From Squalus acanthias (Eukaryota), in assembly GCA_030390025.1 (NCBI GenBank), contig CM059431.1, positions 95,978,001 through 96,042,000 on the forward strand: a stretch of 64,000 nucleotides of DNA, given 5' to 3'. Shown here in pieces: positions 37,150 through 49,539 of the stretch. The notes under the pieces were generated by a model. The model made no database searches. It was given only the letters and a program-made list of their open reading frames with translations, and was not told the DNA's origin. Each line of letters begins with the position of its first letter. The first letter of the stretch is position 1. The position numbers and the translations under genes were made by a program.

Positions 37150-37320
37150 TAGATCAAGTTGATGCTGGAGTCAAAGAGGATGGTTTTGGTTTTGCTGATG
37201 TGTAGCTGGGAGAGGTATTGGCTCATTCAGGTCTTAAGGTCCAATAGCGAGTTGGAGAGCAGCAACAACCGTACAGTCAAGGATGGAGATTGGAGAGGTA
37301 GAGCTGGCTGTCATCATACA
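37150..37320 (-). mobile_element. Ancient L2-like RT fragment
   Basis: Reverse complement gives YDDSQLYLS followed by a degraded WMS..LQL..SKT-like block. Confidence 0.5.
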
Positions 37321-37338
37321 TTCATTTGTTTGCATTTA

Positions 37339-37751
37339 GGTGTCAGCTGTGGCTTAGTTGGCAGCTCTCTCGCCTGAGTCAGAAGGTAGTGGGTTCAAAT
37401 TCCACTCCAGAGACTTTAGCACAAGGTGTAGGCTGACACTCCAGTGCAGTACTGAGGGAGTGCTGCACTGTCAGAGGTACCGCCTTTTGGACATAAAAGA
37501 TCCCATGACACTCGAAGAAGGGTTGGAGAGTTCATCCTAGTGAATATTTATCCCTCAACCAATACCTAAAACAGATTATCTGGTCATTATCACCTTACTG
37601 TTTGTGGGAGCTTGCTGTGCATAAGTTGGCCGTCACATTTCCTACATTACAACAGTGACTACACTTCAAAAGTACAACATAGGCTGTAAAGTGCTTTGGG
37701 ATGTCTTGACATTGTGAAAGGCGCAATATAAATGCAAGTCTTTCTTTCTTT
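37339..37751 (+). mobile_element. Deu-domain tRNA SINE (SacSINE1/AmnSINE-like)
   Basis: A/B boxes GTGGCTTAGTTGG and GGTTCAAATTCC; central GCAGTACTGAGGGAGTGCTGCACTGTC; 3' GTGAAAGGCGCAATATAAATGCAAGT(CTTT)n. Confidence 0.82.
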
Positions 37752-38135
37752 GAATTTCCACATGGAGCAACATTTTCCAACATCCCACCTCACAAGCAGA
37801 GCATTGCACATGGGTTACTACCCAGTACTATGCAGTGCATTTTATCCACAGTGGCCAACTTCACTGTCAGATTAAGGCTGAGCTAATTGACTACAATAAC
37901 GTATGTGAGAGTAGCACGACCACAGAGTAATAAAACATCAAGATGTCCAAAGGATAGTACACAGCAGCAATGCACTTCTATCATCTTCCATCCTCCCTCC
38001 GGCCCCTCCCACCCACCACAGCAAAATCTGACTTCCACATAAAATGCACTGTGTGATAACTACATCCAATTTTAGAATATAGAATGTAGAGAACAAGCGA
38101 ATAGTTCAATTACATTCACAGCTTGCCACTGACGC

Positions 38136-38210
38136 CATATTATCCAATACGTTAGTCACTAGCCGCATGTGGCTAATTGGAAATCCAGATGTGGTTAATT
38201 GCATTTTTGA
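38136..38210 (+). mobile_element. Possible hAT-Charlie (MER3/MER33-like) terminal remnant
   Basis: TCCAATACGTTAGTCACTAGCCGCATGTGGCTAATTG resembles recalled MER3-type ends with a TAGCCACATGTGGCTA palindrome. Confidence 0.45.
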
Positions 38211-38384
38211 TTAGTAAATAAAAAATGAGCAACAGACACTGTTGTTGGGCACGTGATCTCAATACTCATATTTGCACAGCATATGCAAGTGTATTGTAAC
38301 CCTTTTGTGCATTGTCGGTAAAATGTTGAGACGAAAAGCAGTGCGAGTACTTTTTGATCATTGTGTATGCTTTACTTCCTTAGT

Positions 38385-41300
38385 TACTGCTAAATATTTG
38401 GGGAGGGTTTAAACTAATTTGGCAGGGGGAGGGGAACCAGAAAATAGCAGAAAAGAACAGAAATTAGATCAAAAAAGAGAGATATAAACAACAGTAAAAT
38501 TAGAAATATACCAAAAATTGCAGGGACCAGATTGAGGAAAATAGCAAAAGTGACGAAGGAGGTATTAAGTTGTATGTACGTCAATATCCATAAAGTAACT
38601 AATGAGGTTGGTGAGCTGCAGGCACAAATTGCTACATGGGATTATGAGGTGGTTGCATTAACAGAAACATGGCTCAAACAAGGCCGAGAATGGGTTCTTA
38701 ATAGTCCTGGTTACCGAGTATTCAGGAATGATGGCGAAGTAAAAGAGATGGGGGCGTAGCAGTATTAAGGATGACGTTACAGTTGTAAATAGAAAGGATA
38801 TACTAGATGGTTCCAGTACTGACTCTATTTGGCATAAGTTGAGATACAGGGGGGCAGCTGTCGGGAGTTTTTTTTTTAAACAGAGCTCCAAACAGTGAGA
38901 AGGAGATAGATAAGCAAATTTGTTGGCAAATTTCAAAGGTGTGTAACAAAAATAGAGTAATAATATTAGGGGATTTTAATTACCCTAATATAGACTGGGA
39001 AAAACATAGTGCTAAGAGTAGGGAAGGAGAGGAATTTCTGATATGTGTACAGGAGAACTTTCTCGACCAATATGTCTCCAGACCAACAAGGAAGGAAGTA
39101 GTATTGGATCTGGTTCTGGGAAATGAAGTAGGGTAAGTGGAGTACGTTAAAGTAGGAGATCATCTAGCTAACAGTGACTACAACATAATTCACTTTAAAG
39201 TAATCATGAAAAGAGACCAGAAAATATCTAAAGTAAAAATACTCAACTGGGGAAGAACTAATTTCAGTGATTTAAGAAGGGACCTAACACAGTTAGATTG
39301 GAAAAGGCGATGGCAGGGTAAAACAGTGATGGAGCAATGGAGGACATTCAGGGAAAAAATAGTTCAGGTACAAACTAGGCAAATTCCATTGAAGAGAAAA
39401 GGTAGAGTATCCAAAGTTAATGCGTCCTGGATGAGAAAGGAAATAAAAGTTAAAATAAAACAGTAAAAGGAAGCTTATGACAAATGTCAGGAGCAAGATT
39501 CAGTTAATAACCAGGAAGATTATGGAAAGTACAGGAGGGAATTGAAAAAGTTAATACGGAAGGCAAAGAGAGGTTACGAGAAAAGATTAGCAGGCAAAAT
39601 TAAATTGAACCCTAAAATATTTTATAAACATATAGGGGGAGAAATTCAGTATCGCCCCATTTGGGGCGCAATTATCGGCCGGGCGCAAAGATTAGCGCCT
39701 GGCGCTAATTATCGCCACCGACTGCAAACTTGACTTTTATCGCCCCTGGAGGTGATCGCAGCACTAAATCAGGCGCTTCACACCTGTCTTAAGGCGCAAA
39801 GGCCGAGGAGCAAGGCGCTACCTCAGAGCGCTGGCGAAGCTCATGTAATGTCAGTCAGCAATGGAACACACACACAATGGCACGGGCCAGTTCTTAAAGG
39901 GGATGGTTAATCTTGCTTTCCATCCACATCCTGCTCATTGCAGCCTTGAATCTCGGCCTGGAGAGACCTGCACATCAAATGTGCTGGAAAGAACAATGGA
40001 GAGTACCAGGCAAAGAGCTCAGAGTGCAGCCCCCACAGTCTCTTCTAAATCGATACAAGGAATGGCAAATCAAAATGAACCTGCAAAGTGCTGCTCAGTA
40101 CCCAAAACTCCTTCACACAACGTTGAATCTCTCCAGAAGTCTCTCCCTCTCTCTCTCAGAATGCGTCGTTCAAAAATGGCACCAACAATAAAAGGCAGGA
40201 AGCGGTCACCTTCAAATAGCGCTCCCCCTTTCCCTTCATGACTGCAGAACGCTCCCCTCAACCTGTCGTTGCTAGCGTCAGGCGGTAAGGCAGGGGGCGC
40301 CACTCAATATCCGCTCCGGGGCGATACCGGGGCGTTGCGCACTCAACTGACGTCACGATCTGCCGGTGCAGGAGATCGTGGCAGTAGTGTTTAGCGCCGC
40401 CGCAAAATGTCTAGTTAATTTCGCGAGCGGCGCAAACTTCGCCGCGCCTGGGCGCCTGATGCTTTGCACCCCATTAGCGCCCTCTTAAGGTGCTAACGGG
40501 AGGCGCAACCAACTGAATTTTCCCCCCATAAAGTGTTAACAGTTAGCTAGGGAAAAAGTTGGGCATATTGAGGAGCCAAAGGGAAATCATCATGTAGAGG
40601 CAGAGGACATGGCTGTAGTATTAAATGAGTACTTTGCATCTGATTTCACAAAGGAAGTGGATGATGTGAAGGTCACAGTAAAAGAGATGGAAATTATGGA
40701 CAGGATGGTAATAGATTGAGAAGACGTACTAAAAAGATTAGCATTTATGAAAGTTGGTAAGTCACCTGGTCTGGATGCAATGCATCCGAGGTTGCTGAAA
40801 GAAGCAAAGGTAGAAATAGCAGAGGCATTGGTCACAATCTTTCAATCTTCATTGGATACAGGAGTAGTGCCGGAGGACTGGAGGGTTGCTAATATGATAC
40901 CACTATTCAAGAAAGGGGAGAGGAATAAACCAGGAAACTACAGGCCTAACATCGATGGTGGGGAAGTTATTGGAACCATTATCAGGGACAAAATAAACTT
41001 TCATTTGGAAAGGCATGGGTTAATCAAGGAGAGCCAGCATGGATATGTTAAAGGTAAATCATGTCTGACTAACTTGACTGAATTCTTTGATGAGATAACA
41101 GAGAAGGTTGATCAAGGTAGTGCACTAGATGTTGTACAAATGGACTTTTGGAAGGTGTTCGACAAAGTGGCACACAGGAGGCTTGTTAAGATGAAAGCCT
41201 ATGGAATTAAGGGGAACGTGACGGTTTGGATACAAAATTAGTGACAGGAAGCAAAGAGTGATGGTGGTGGATGTTTTCAGACTCAGAGATGGTTTGCAGT

Positions 41301-42045
41301 GGTGTTTCACAAGGGTCAGTTTTGGATCCATTACTCTTTTCAATTTTTATTAACGACCTCGACTCGGGTGTTGGGAGAAGCATTATAAAGTTTCAGATGA
41401 TACGAAACTTGGCAAAGTAGTAGATAGTGATGAGGATAGTTACAGGCCTCAGGATGACATAGACAGGATGGTAAAATGGGCAGAGGCATGGCAGATGGAA
41501 GTCAATTCAGAGAAGTGTGACGTGATGCATTTTGGGAGGTCTAATATGGATAGACAGTGTACTACAAATGGCACGATTTGGAAGAGTGTAGGTGAGTGTC
41601 CATATACACAAATCCTTAAAGGTGGCAGGGCAAGTAGATAAGGTGGTTAAAAAAGCATATGGGTTACTTGGGTCCATAAATAGAGGAATAGAATATAAAA
41701 GCAAAGCGATCATACTAGAAATTTATAAATCACTGGTTCAGCCTCAGCTGGAGTATTGTGGACAATTCTGGGCACCACACTTCAGGAAAGATGTAAAGGC
41801 CTTAGAAAGGGCACAGAGGAGGTTTACCAGGTTGTTACCAGAGATGAGGGACTTCAGTTATGAGGAGAGGTTGGAAAAGTTAGGACTGTTTTCCTTGGAA
41901 CAGAGAAGGTTAAGAGGTGACCTAATAGAGGTTTTAAAGATGATGAGAAGTTTTGATAGAGTAAGTAGGGAAGAACTATTTCCTCTGGTGAGTGGGTCAA
42001 TAACTAGAGGTCATAACTTTTACATTATTGGCATAAGATCTAGAA
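38385..42045 (+). mobile_element. Degraded CR1 (end of ORF1 + ORF2) interrupted by a MITE
   Basis: ORFs 38532, 38939, 39137, 40747 and 41592 carry APE/RT motifs. Confidence 0.88.
39635..40527 (+). mobile_element. Harbinger-derived MITE, copy 2 (893 bp)
   Basis: TIRs GGGGGAGAAATTCAGT / ACTGAATTTTCCCCCC; TSD ATA at 39632-39634 and 40528-40530. Confidence 0.93.
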
Positions 42046-42797
42046 GCACTGTGGACCATCAGACGCAGCATTATTGTGCTACACCACAATCTGTAACTTC
42101 ACTGCCCAGCATATCCCTCACTCCTCCATCACCATCAAGCCAGATGGCCAACCCTGGTTCAAGGAGGATGTGCCAGGAGCAGCATCAGGCATACTTGAAA
42201 ATGAGGTGCCAACCTGGTGAAGCTACAACACAAGACTACATGCTTGTTAAACAGCATAAGCAGCATGCTGTAGACAGAGCTAAGCAATGTCACGACCAAC
42301 AGATCAGGTTAAAGCTCTGCAGTCCTGTCACATCCAGTCATGAATGGTGGTGGACAATTAAGCAACTAACAGGAGGAGGAGGTTCTGTGAACAACCCCAT
42401 CTTCAAAGATTGCAGAGCCCAGCATGTGAGTGCAAAAGTCATGGCTGAAGTGTATGCAACCGTCTTCATCTTGAAGTGCAGAGTGGATGATCTTTCTTGG
42501 CCTCCTCCTGAGGTCCCCAGCCATCACAGAAGCCAGTCTTCAGCCAATTTGATTCACTCCATGTGGCATCAAGAAACAGGACATGGCAAAGGCTACGGGC
42601 CCCGACAATATCTCGGCTGTAGTGCTAAAGACCAGTGTTCGCTTAGCTAAGTTGCTCCAGTACAGCTACAACACTGGCAATGTAGAAGATTGCCCTGGTA
42701 TGTCCTATCCATAATTTGTAGGACAAATCAACACAGCCAATTACTGCCCCATCAGCCTACTCCCAAGTATCAGCAAGTAATGGAAGGAGTTATCAAC
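42046..42797 (+). mobile_element. Internal fragment of LINE family B
   Basis: CQEQHQAYLKMRCQPGEATTQDY...HEWWWTIKQL is homologous to 26440-26700. Confidence 0.8.
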
Positions 42798-43196
42798 TAG
42801 AAAAGAGAGGCTGAGGAGTGACTAGTAGAGGTCTTTAAAGTTATGAAGGGGTTTAATAAGATAGACGTAGAGAAAATGTTTCCACTTGTGGCGAGATCAA
42901 AACTAGGGGCCATAAATATAAGATAGTCACCAATAAATCCAATAGGGAATTCAGGAGAAACCTCTTTACCTAGTCGAACTTCGTGCTACCTTCTCATTTC
43001 CATGATTGTGGCGATCAGCCCAGCTCTGAACACACTACTGAGTGGCTGACTGCTCAGCAGGGGGCCCAAGTGTGTAAGAGACTAGCACCACTTAAAGCTA
43101 GTCTGCATTACTTAAAGGCAGTCTGCATCTCTTAAAGGGAGTTGCCTGCAGCAAATCATTCAACTGTGTGAGGAAGAAAATGCAAAAAATCAATTA

Positions 43197-43440
43197 ATGA
43201 TGGCACAACAGGGGAGAGAGCATCCACCAAGGTTCTCCGATGCTGTACTGGAGACCTTGGTGCAGGAGGTCAATAGGAGGAGAGAGGTCCTCTTTCCACA
43301 GGGGGCCAGGAGGCCCTCCAGGCAACAGACCAAAGTGCAGTGGGATCAGATAGCCACTGTGGTGAATGCCAGCAGTGTAGCCCCGAGGATCTGGACTCCG
43401 TGCAGGAAGAAGTTTAATGACCTCACATGAGTGATCAAGG
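43197..43440 (+). pseudogene. Harbinger Myb/SANT-like exon 1
   Basis: PRFSDAVLETLVQEVNRRREVLFP...QWDQIATVVNASSVAPRIWTPCRKKFNDLT*; a CGA>TGA-type stop, then donor AAG|GTCAGC. Confidence 0.8.
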
Positions 43441-43674
43441 TCAGCGAATTCATCTTCAAATGCCATATCCCACAAACTGCTCAATTCACCACACCCCCAT
43501 CACTCTAACAATCACCAACAATCTCTACCAATCACGACTCGAACCTCACATTCACATGCTCCATCTCACCCTCACACACTTAGCACTGCTGCAAGCCTCA
43601 CACATCCACATCTCACGGCTTGCACACAGTCAGCTATTCAACCATGATACATCACTCAAACACATTTCACCACA

Positions 43675-45645
43675 GACCCAGCCTATCCAATCTTTCCCCG
43701 TAGCTAAAATTCTCCAATCCAGGCAACATCTTGTAAATCTCCTCTGTACCCTCTCTAGTGCAATCACATCTTTCCTGTAATGTGGTGACCAGAACTGCAT
43801 GCAGTACTCTAGCTGAGGCCTAACGAGTGTTTTATACAGTTCAAGCATAACCTCTCTGCTCTTGTATTCTATGCCTCGGCTAATAAAGGCAAGTATTCTG
43901 TATGCCTTCTTAACCACCTTATCTACTTGGCCTGTTGCCTTCAGGGATCTGTGGACCTGCACTCCAAGGTCCTTTTGTTCCTCTACACTTCTCAGTGTCC
44001 TACCATTTAATGTGTATTCCCTTGCCTTGTTAGGCCTCCCCAAATGCATTACCACACACTTCTCCAGATTGAATTCCATTTGCCACTGTTCTGCCCACCT
44101 GACCAGTTCATTGATATCTTCCTGCAGTCTACAGCTTTCTTCCTCATTATCAACCACACAGCTGATTTTAGTATTATCTGCAATCTTCTTAATCATACCC
44201 CCTACATTCAAGTCTAAATCATTGATACATACCACAAAAAGCAAGGGACCTAGTACTGAGCCCTGTGGAACCCCATTGGAAACAGCCTTCCAGTCACAAA
44301 AACATCCATCAACCATTACCCTTTGCTTCCTGCCTCTGAGCTAATTTTGGATCCAACTTGCCACTTTGCCCTGGATCCCATGGGCTTTTACATTTGTGAC
44401 CAGTCTGCCATGTGGGACCTTATCAAAAGCCTTGCTAAAATCCATATACACTACATCAAATGCACTACCCTCATCTACCCTCCTTGTTACCTCCTCAAAA
44501 AATTCAATCAAGTTAGTCAGACACGACCTTCCCTTAACAAATCTATGCTTACTGTCCTTGATTAATCCGTGTCGTTCTAAATGAAGATTTATCCTGTCCC
44601 TCAGAACTTTTTCCAATAATTTTCCCATCACCGAGGTTAGGCTGCCTGGCTTGTAATTACTCGGTCTAATCCTTCTCTCCCTTTTTAAACAAAGGTACAA
44701 TGTTAGCAGTCCTCCAGCACCACACCTGTAGCCAGAGAGGATTGGAAAATGATGGTCAGAGCCTCTGCTATTTCCTCTTTTGCTTCTCTTAACAGCCTGG
44801 GATACATTTCATCCGGGCCTGGGGGTTTATCCACTTTCAAAGCTGCTAAGCCCCTTAATACTTCCTCTCTCACTATGTTTATTTCATCTAATATTTCATA
44901 CTCCTCCTCCCTGATTGCAATGTCTGCATCGCCCCTCTCTTTTGTGAAAACAGACGCAAAGTATTCATTAAGAACCATACCCACGTCTTCCGCCTCCACA
45001 CACAGATTACCTTTATGGTCTCAAAAAGGCCTTACTCTTTCTTTAGTTATCCTCTTGCTCTTAATGTATTTATAAAACATCTTTGGGTTTTCCTTGATTT
45101 TACTTGCCAAGATGTTTTCGTGCTCTCTCTTTGCTTTCCTAATTTCCTTTTTAATTGCGCCCCTGCACTTTCTATACTCCTCTCGAGTTTCTGCAGTATT
45201 GAGCCCTCGGTATCTGTCATAAGCCTCCCTTTTTTCTTTATCCTACCCTCTATGTCCCTTGACATCCAGGGGGCTCTTGATTTGTTAGTCCCACCCTTTT
45301 TCTTTAAGGGAACATAATTGTTCTGAACCATCAGGATCTCCTCCTTAAATGCCTCCCACTGCTCTGACACTGATTTACCTTCAAGTAGCTGTTTCTAGTC
45401 CACTTTGGCTAAATCCCATCTCAGCTTAGCAAAATTGGCTTTTCCCCAATTGAGAACTTTTAATCCTGGTCTATCTTTGCCCTTTTCCATAACTACCCTA
45501 AATCTAACTGAATTATGATCACTAGCACCAAAATGCTCTCCCACTGATACCCCTTCCACCTGCCCAGCTTCATTCCCTAAAACTAAGTCCAGAACCACCC
45601 CCTCCCTTGTTGGGCTTGTTACATATTGGCTAAAAAAGTTCATCA
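43675..45645 (-). mobile_element. CR1 ORF2 fragment
   Basis: Minus-strand ORFs 45395, 45047, 44703, 44341 and 43630 contain SDH, MDFSKAFDKV and GVPQGSVLGP. Confidence 0.9.
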
Positions 45646-47210
45646 TGTACAAACTCTATTTAAAAAAAAAATTACTTGTCAGAAATGACTGGGATATAAA
45701 AGAACCGGATAATAATGCATTAACACTTCAGAAAAATCACTCACTTACAGTTATGCATCGGCAAACAATCCAAAAGCCCAAGGTGAGCTGAACAAGGCAT
45801 ATCTATTCATGCAATTTGTATTAATTTTGAAGTTTTCAACTTATTAGCCCATCCCTCATGCACAAGCAGCAGGAGCAGCGGCTTTCCTATGGTGCTGACG
45901 TGCTGTACGCCGACATAAGTAATTAGAATATTAATGACAATGCAACCAGACAACCAACAAATATAAAGTGCTGTAGTTCTTTAGTTCACAGTATTAAAAG
46001 AATTGAACAATTGAACAAAAATGGGTACCCGTAGTTTCAACTTCAATCACTTCCGTTAATAAACGTTGTCTTCTTGAACCAGTACACCCTCCATGTAACA
46101 AGTGCAGAAAAACACATACACAATTTGCGTCACTGAATTAAAAACAAAAAGCAGGAAAAGCTATGATTTAACAGAAATAAACAAACATTCATCTTTCTTC
46201 CTGGGCAGGAGAACCAATCAGACGGACTTGGAAATGTTTACTAATATGTTGACGTAAAGATGTTAATTTACGAATTTCGCTTCTAAGGTTTTTCTCTCAA
46301 GCATTCTCCACAATATTAATCCCTGCTCTTATTACGAAAAGTGTTGAATTATTTTAGGTTCTACGCAATTAAATAGCGGAAAAGAAACTTCATTGTACAC
46401 TCAATTTTTAATCTATTTCAAACATTTATACCAAATCAAAATTGTACATTATCAGTATAATCGAAGTATTTTCTGTGTCTTTCTCTATAGTGGTTTCTTC
46501 TAAAGTAGCTTCCTGCAGTTTTTATACATCATTACCTAACTCCTGTTTCTATTAACACTCCACTAAACTTTTAAGAGGAAATCTATATTTACATTATTCC
46601 TGGGACTTGTTCAGATTATAGAACGACAGACAAAATAAAATGGTTTGTGTTTTTCCCCTTTATTGGTTCTCTTCCTAAACGTCTTAATGATATACATTTT
46701 TTAAAAGTCAATAAAAATATATAACTCATACAAATCCTCCCCTCTCCCCCCACCCCCCCAACAGCATGTTTGCATGTTTGTGTGAAGTTACTCACGCCAG
46801 TCGATCGTTCAAGATCAAATATTGAGAAATTTCAATTTTAAAACATTTAAGCAATTCAGAGCCTCTTTTAGAAGCATTGGGACTTCAAGACCTAGTTGAA
46901 GCTTGTTTAGATGAGGGGAAAATTGATTTTTGTTTGTTTCTTCCAAAATCATATTCAAAACTTAGGGGGACAGAAAGTGTTTTTAACCATCATTTTTTGT
47001 GAAAAGTTCATTAAAAATCTTTAAATTCTTTCAAGTCTCATTGCAGCTTTGACAGAAGAAGTTGCTCCACGTTGTTCTTTCCCTCTTCAATGCCGTCGTT
47101 AAACATACAATAAAAAATATAATGAACTTTAATTCCAAATGGAGCTCAAATAAGAAAGCGAATAAAGTGGTTAAACTTCCTAAGAAGGCGGTGAGGTTAT
47201 CTATTCCCAG

Positions 47211-48587
47211 TAGCATCCGTGGAGAGAGAAAGAGTTAACATTTCAGGTCTGTGACCCTTCATCAGAACTGGAAAAAGTTAGAGATGTAACAGGTTTTAAG
47301 CAGGTGCAGAGGCAGGGAAAGGGGGGGAAAAGGGAGGAAGGAACAGAAGGGACGGTCTCTGCTAGGATGGAAGGCAGGAGAGATTAAATGTTGCAAATGG
47401 GGATGGCAGAATAATCAACAGCTGCTGCCTGAAAAAATAGGGGCAGAGGTTATAGTCTGAAATTGTTGAACAAAATGTTGAGTCCAGAAGGCTGTAAAGT
47501 GCCTAATCGAAAGATGAGGTGCTGTTCCTCGAGCTTATGTTGATATTCATTGGAACAGTGCAAGAGGCCGAGGACACAGGTCAAAGTGGAAGTGGAGCGG
47601 AGAATTAAAGTGACAAGTGACCGGAAGCTCAGGGTCACCCGAACGGACTGATCGGAGGTGTTCCGCAAAGCAGTCATCCAATCTGCGTTTGGTCTCCCCA
47701 ATGTAGAGGAGACCGCATCGTGAGCAGCGAATACAGTATACTAAATTGCAAGTACAAGTAAATCGCTGTTTCACCTGGAAGGGGTGTTTGGGGCCCTGGA
47801 CAGTGAGAAGGGAGGACGTAAAAGGGCAGGTGTTGCATCTCCTGCGCTTGCATGGCAAGGTGCCGTGGGGAGGGGAGGGGCTGTTGGGGGTGATTGAGGA
47901 GTGGACCAGGGTGTTGCGGAGGGAGCGGTCCCTTCGGAATTCTGAAAGGGAAGGGAAGGGGTAGATGCGTTTGGTGGCGAGATCACGTTGGAAGTGGCGG
48001 AGGATGATCCGTTGAATGCGGAGGCTGGTGGGGTGAAAGGTGAGGACAAGGGGAACCCTATCGTGGTTCTGGGAGGGAGAAGTGGTGAGAGCAGAAGTGC
48101 GGGAAATGAAATGGACACAGTCGAGGGCCATGCCAACCTCGGTAGAGGGGAATCCTCAGTTGAGGAAAAAGGAAGACATGTCGGAAGCACTAGTGTGGAA
48201 GGTGGCATCGTCAGAACAGATGCGGCGGAGACGGAGAAACTGGGAGAATGGAATAGAGTCCTTACAGGAAGCGGGGTGGGAGGAAGTGTAGTCCAGGTAG
48301 CTGTGGGAGTCAGTGGGCTTGTAGTGAATGTTTGTCGATAGCCTATCGCCAGAAATGGAGACACAGAAGTCAAGGAAGTGAAGGGAAGAGTCGGAGATGG
48401 ACCATGTGAAGGTGAGGGAAGGGTGGAAATTGGAAGCAAAGTGAATGAAATTTTCTAGTTCAGGGCGAGAGCAGGAAACGGCACCGATAGTCATCAATGT
48501 ATCGGATGCTGCCTGGCCTGCTGAGTGTTTCCAGCATTTTCTGTTGTTATTTCAGATTTCCAGCATCTGCAGTATTTTGCTATTGTA
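47211..48587. mobile_element. Second Penelope family, 5'-inverted insertion: (-) 47211-~48497, (+) ~48503-48587
   Basis: RT C-terminus (FHPSLTFT..FLD..YKPTD) and GIY-YIG (LVYCIRC..LYIGET) on the minus strand; TSD TTATCTAT(T/C)CCCAG at 47197-47210 and 48588-48601. Confidence 0.9.
47233..47269 (-). ncRNA. Minimal hammerhead ribozyme motif
   Basis: Reverse complement reads AGTT-CTGATGA-A-GGGTC-aca-GACCT-GAAA-TGTT-AACT. Confidence 0.78.
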
Positions 48588-48789
48588 TTATCTATCCCCA
48601 GCCTTGGCGATGAATTGGGATCAGTTTTGGAGAAGTTGTTTCCTCTTTTCCTGCTGCCATTCCCTCCGTCTCTCACAGACTCTGAGGTGCAAACGGGGGC
48701 ACAAACTTTATCCCCCTCTCGCATAACATGATTTAACTAACCCTAATAAACTCTTTCAAAGAGGGGACATTTAAATTTTGCTAGGTGTT

Positions 48790-49178
48790 GTCCCCTCTGT
48801 TTCTCTATCTCTCCCTCTGTCCCTGTCTCTCCCTCTATCCCTGTCTCTCGCTCACTCTCCCTGTATGTCTCCCTCTGTCCCGGTCTCTCTCTCCCTCTGT
48901 CCCGGTCTCTCCGTCTCTCTCACCCTCCGTCTGTCCGTCTCTCCCTCTGTCCCTGTCTCTCTCCCTCTGGCCCTGTCTCCCCCCCTCTGTCCCTGTCTCT
49001 CTCCCTCTGGCCCTGTCTCCCCCCCTCTGTCCCTGTCTCTCTCTCTCCCTCTGTCCCTGTCCCTGTCTCTGTCTCTCTCCCTCCCTCCCTCTGTCCCTGT
49101 CTCTCTCTCTCTCTCCCTCCCTCTGTCCCTGTCTCTCTCTCTCTCTCGCTTTCTCTCTCTTTGTTTTGCTGTCTCTCT
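48790..49178 (+). repeat. CT-rich simple repeat (CTCTGTCCCTGT units)
   Basis: Direct inspection. Confidence 0.95.
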
Positions 49179-49539
49179 GCAAAGAACATTGGAGCAAAAG
49201 GAGAAGCAGAGAATCATTGTCAGTTCAGGAGAGAGCTTTCTTCCCTTTTTTTTAAACGTTTGAAATCCAGTCAATGTTGAAAAGAGAGCAAAATTCTATC
49301 ACTCTTAGGGGAAATGCTTCTCGACAACGCTTTCCTATTTGTGTTTGTGATAATGAAGGTGCTTGTATCAGACACCAGCTCCACTAATCTGTTCGCAACT
49401 AATTGAATGCCCTTAATGTCCCAGCTCAGTGTAATCCTGAGCAATAACTGCCTGCAGGTTTTAGAAGAGACGATTAAATGAGGCCCAGTCGGTGGATGTT
49501 AAAGATTTTTTTTACCGCTATTGTAAGAAGCGCAGGGAA

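Noticed and set aside
41592..42650. 352-aa ORF as a novel fusion gene
   Set aside because: Chance in-frame junction of a CR1 RT C-terminus with a fragment of LINE family B.
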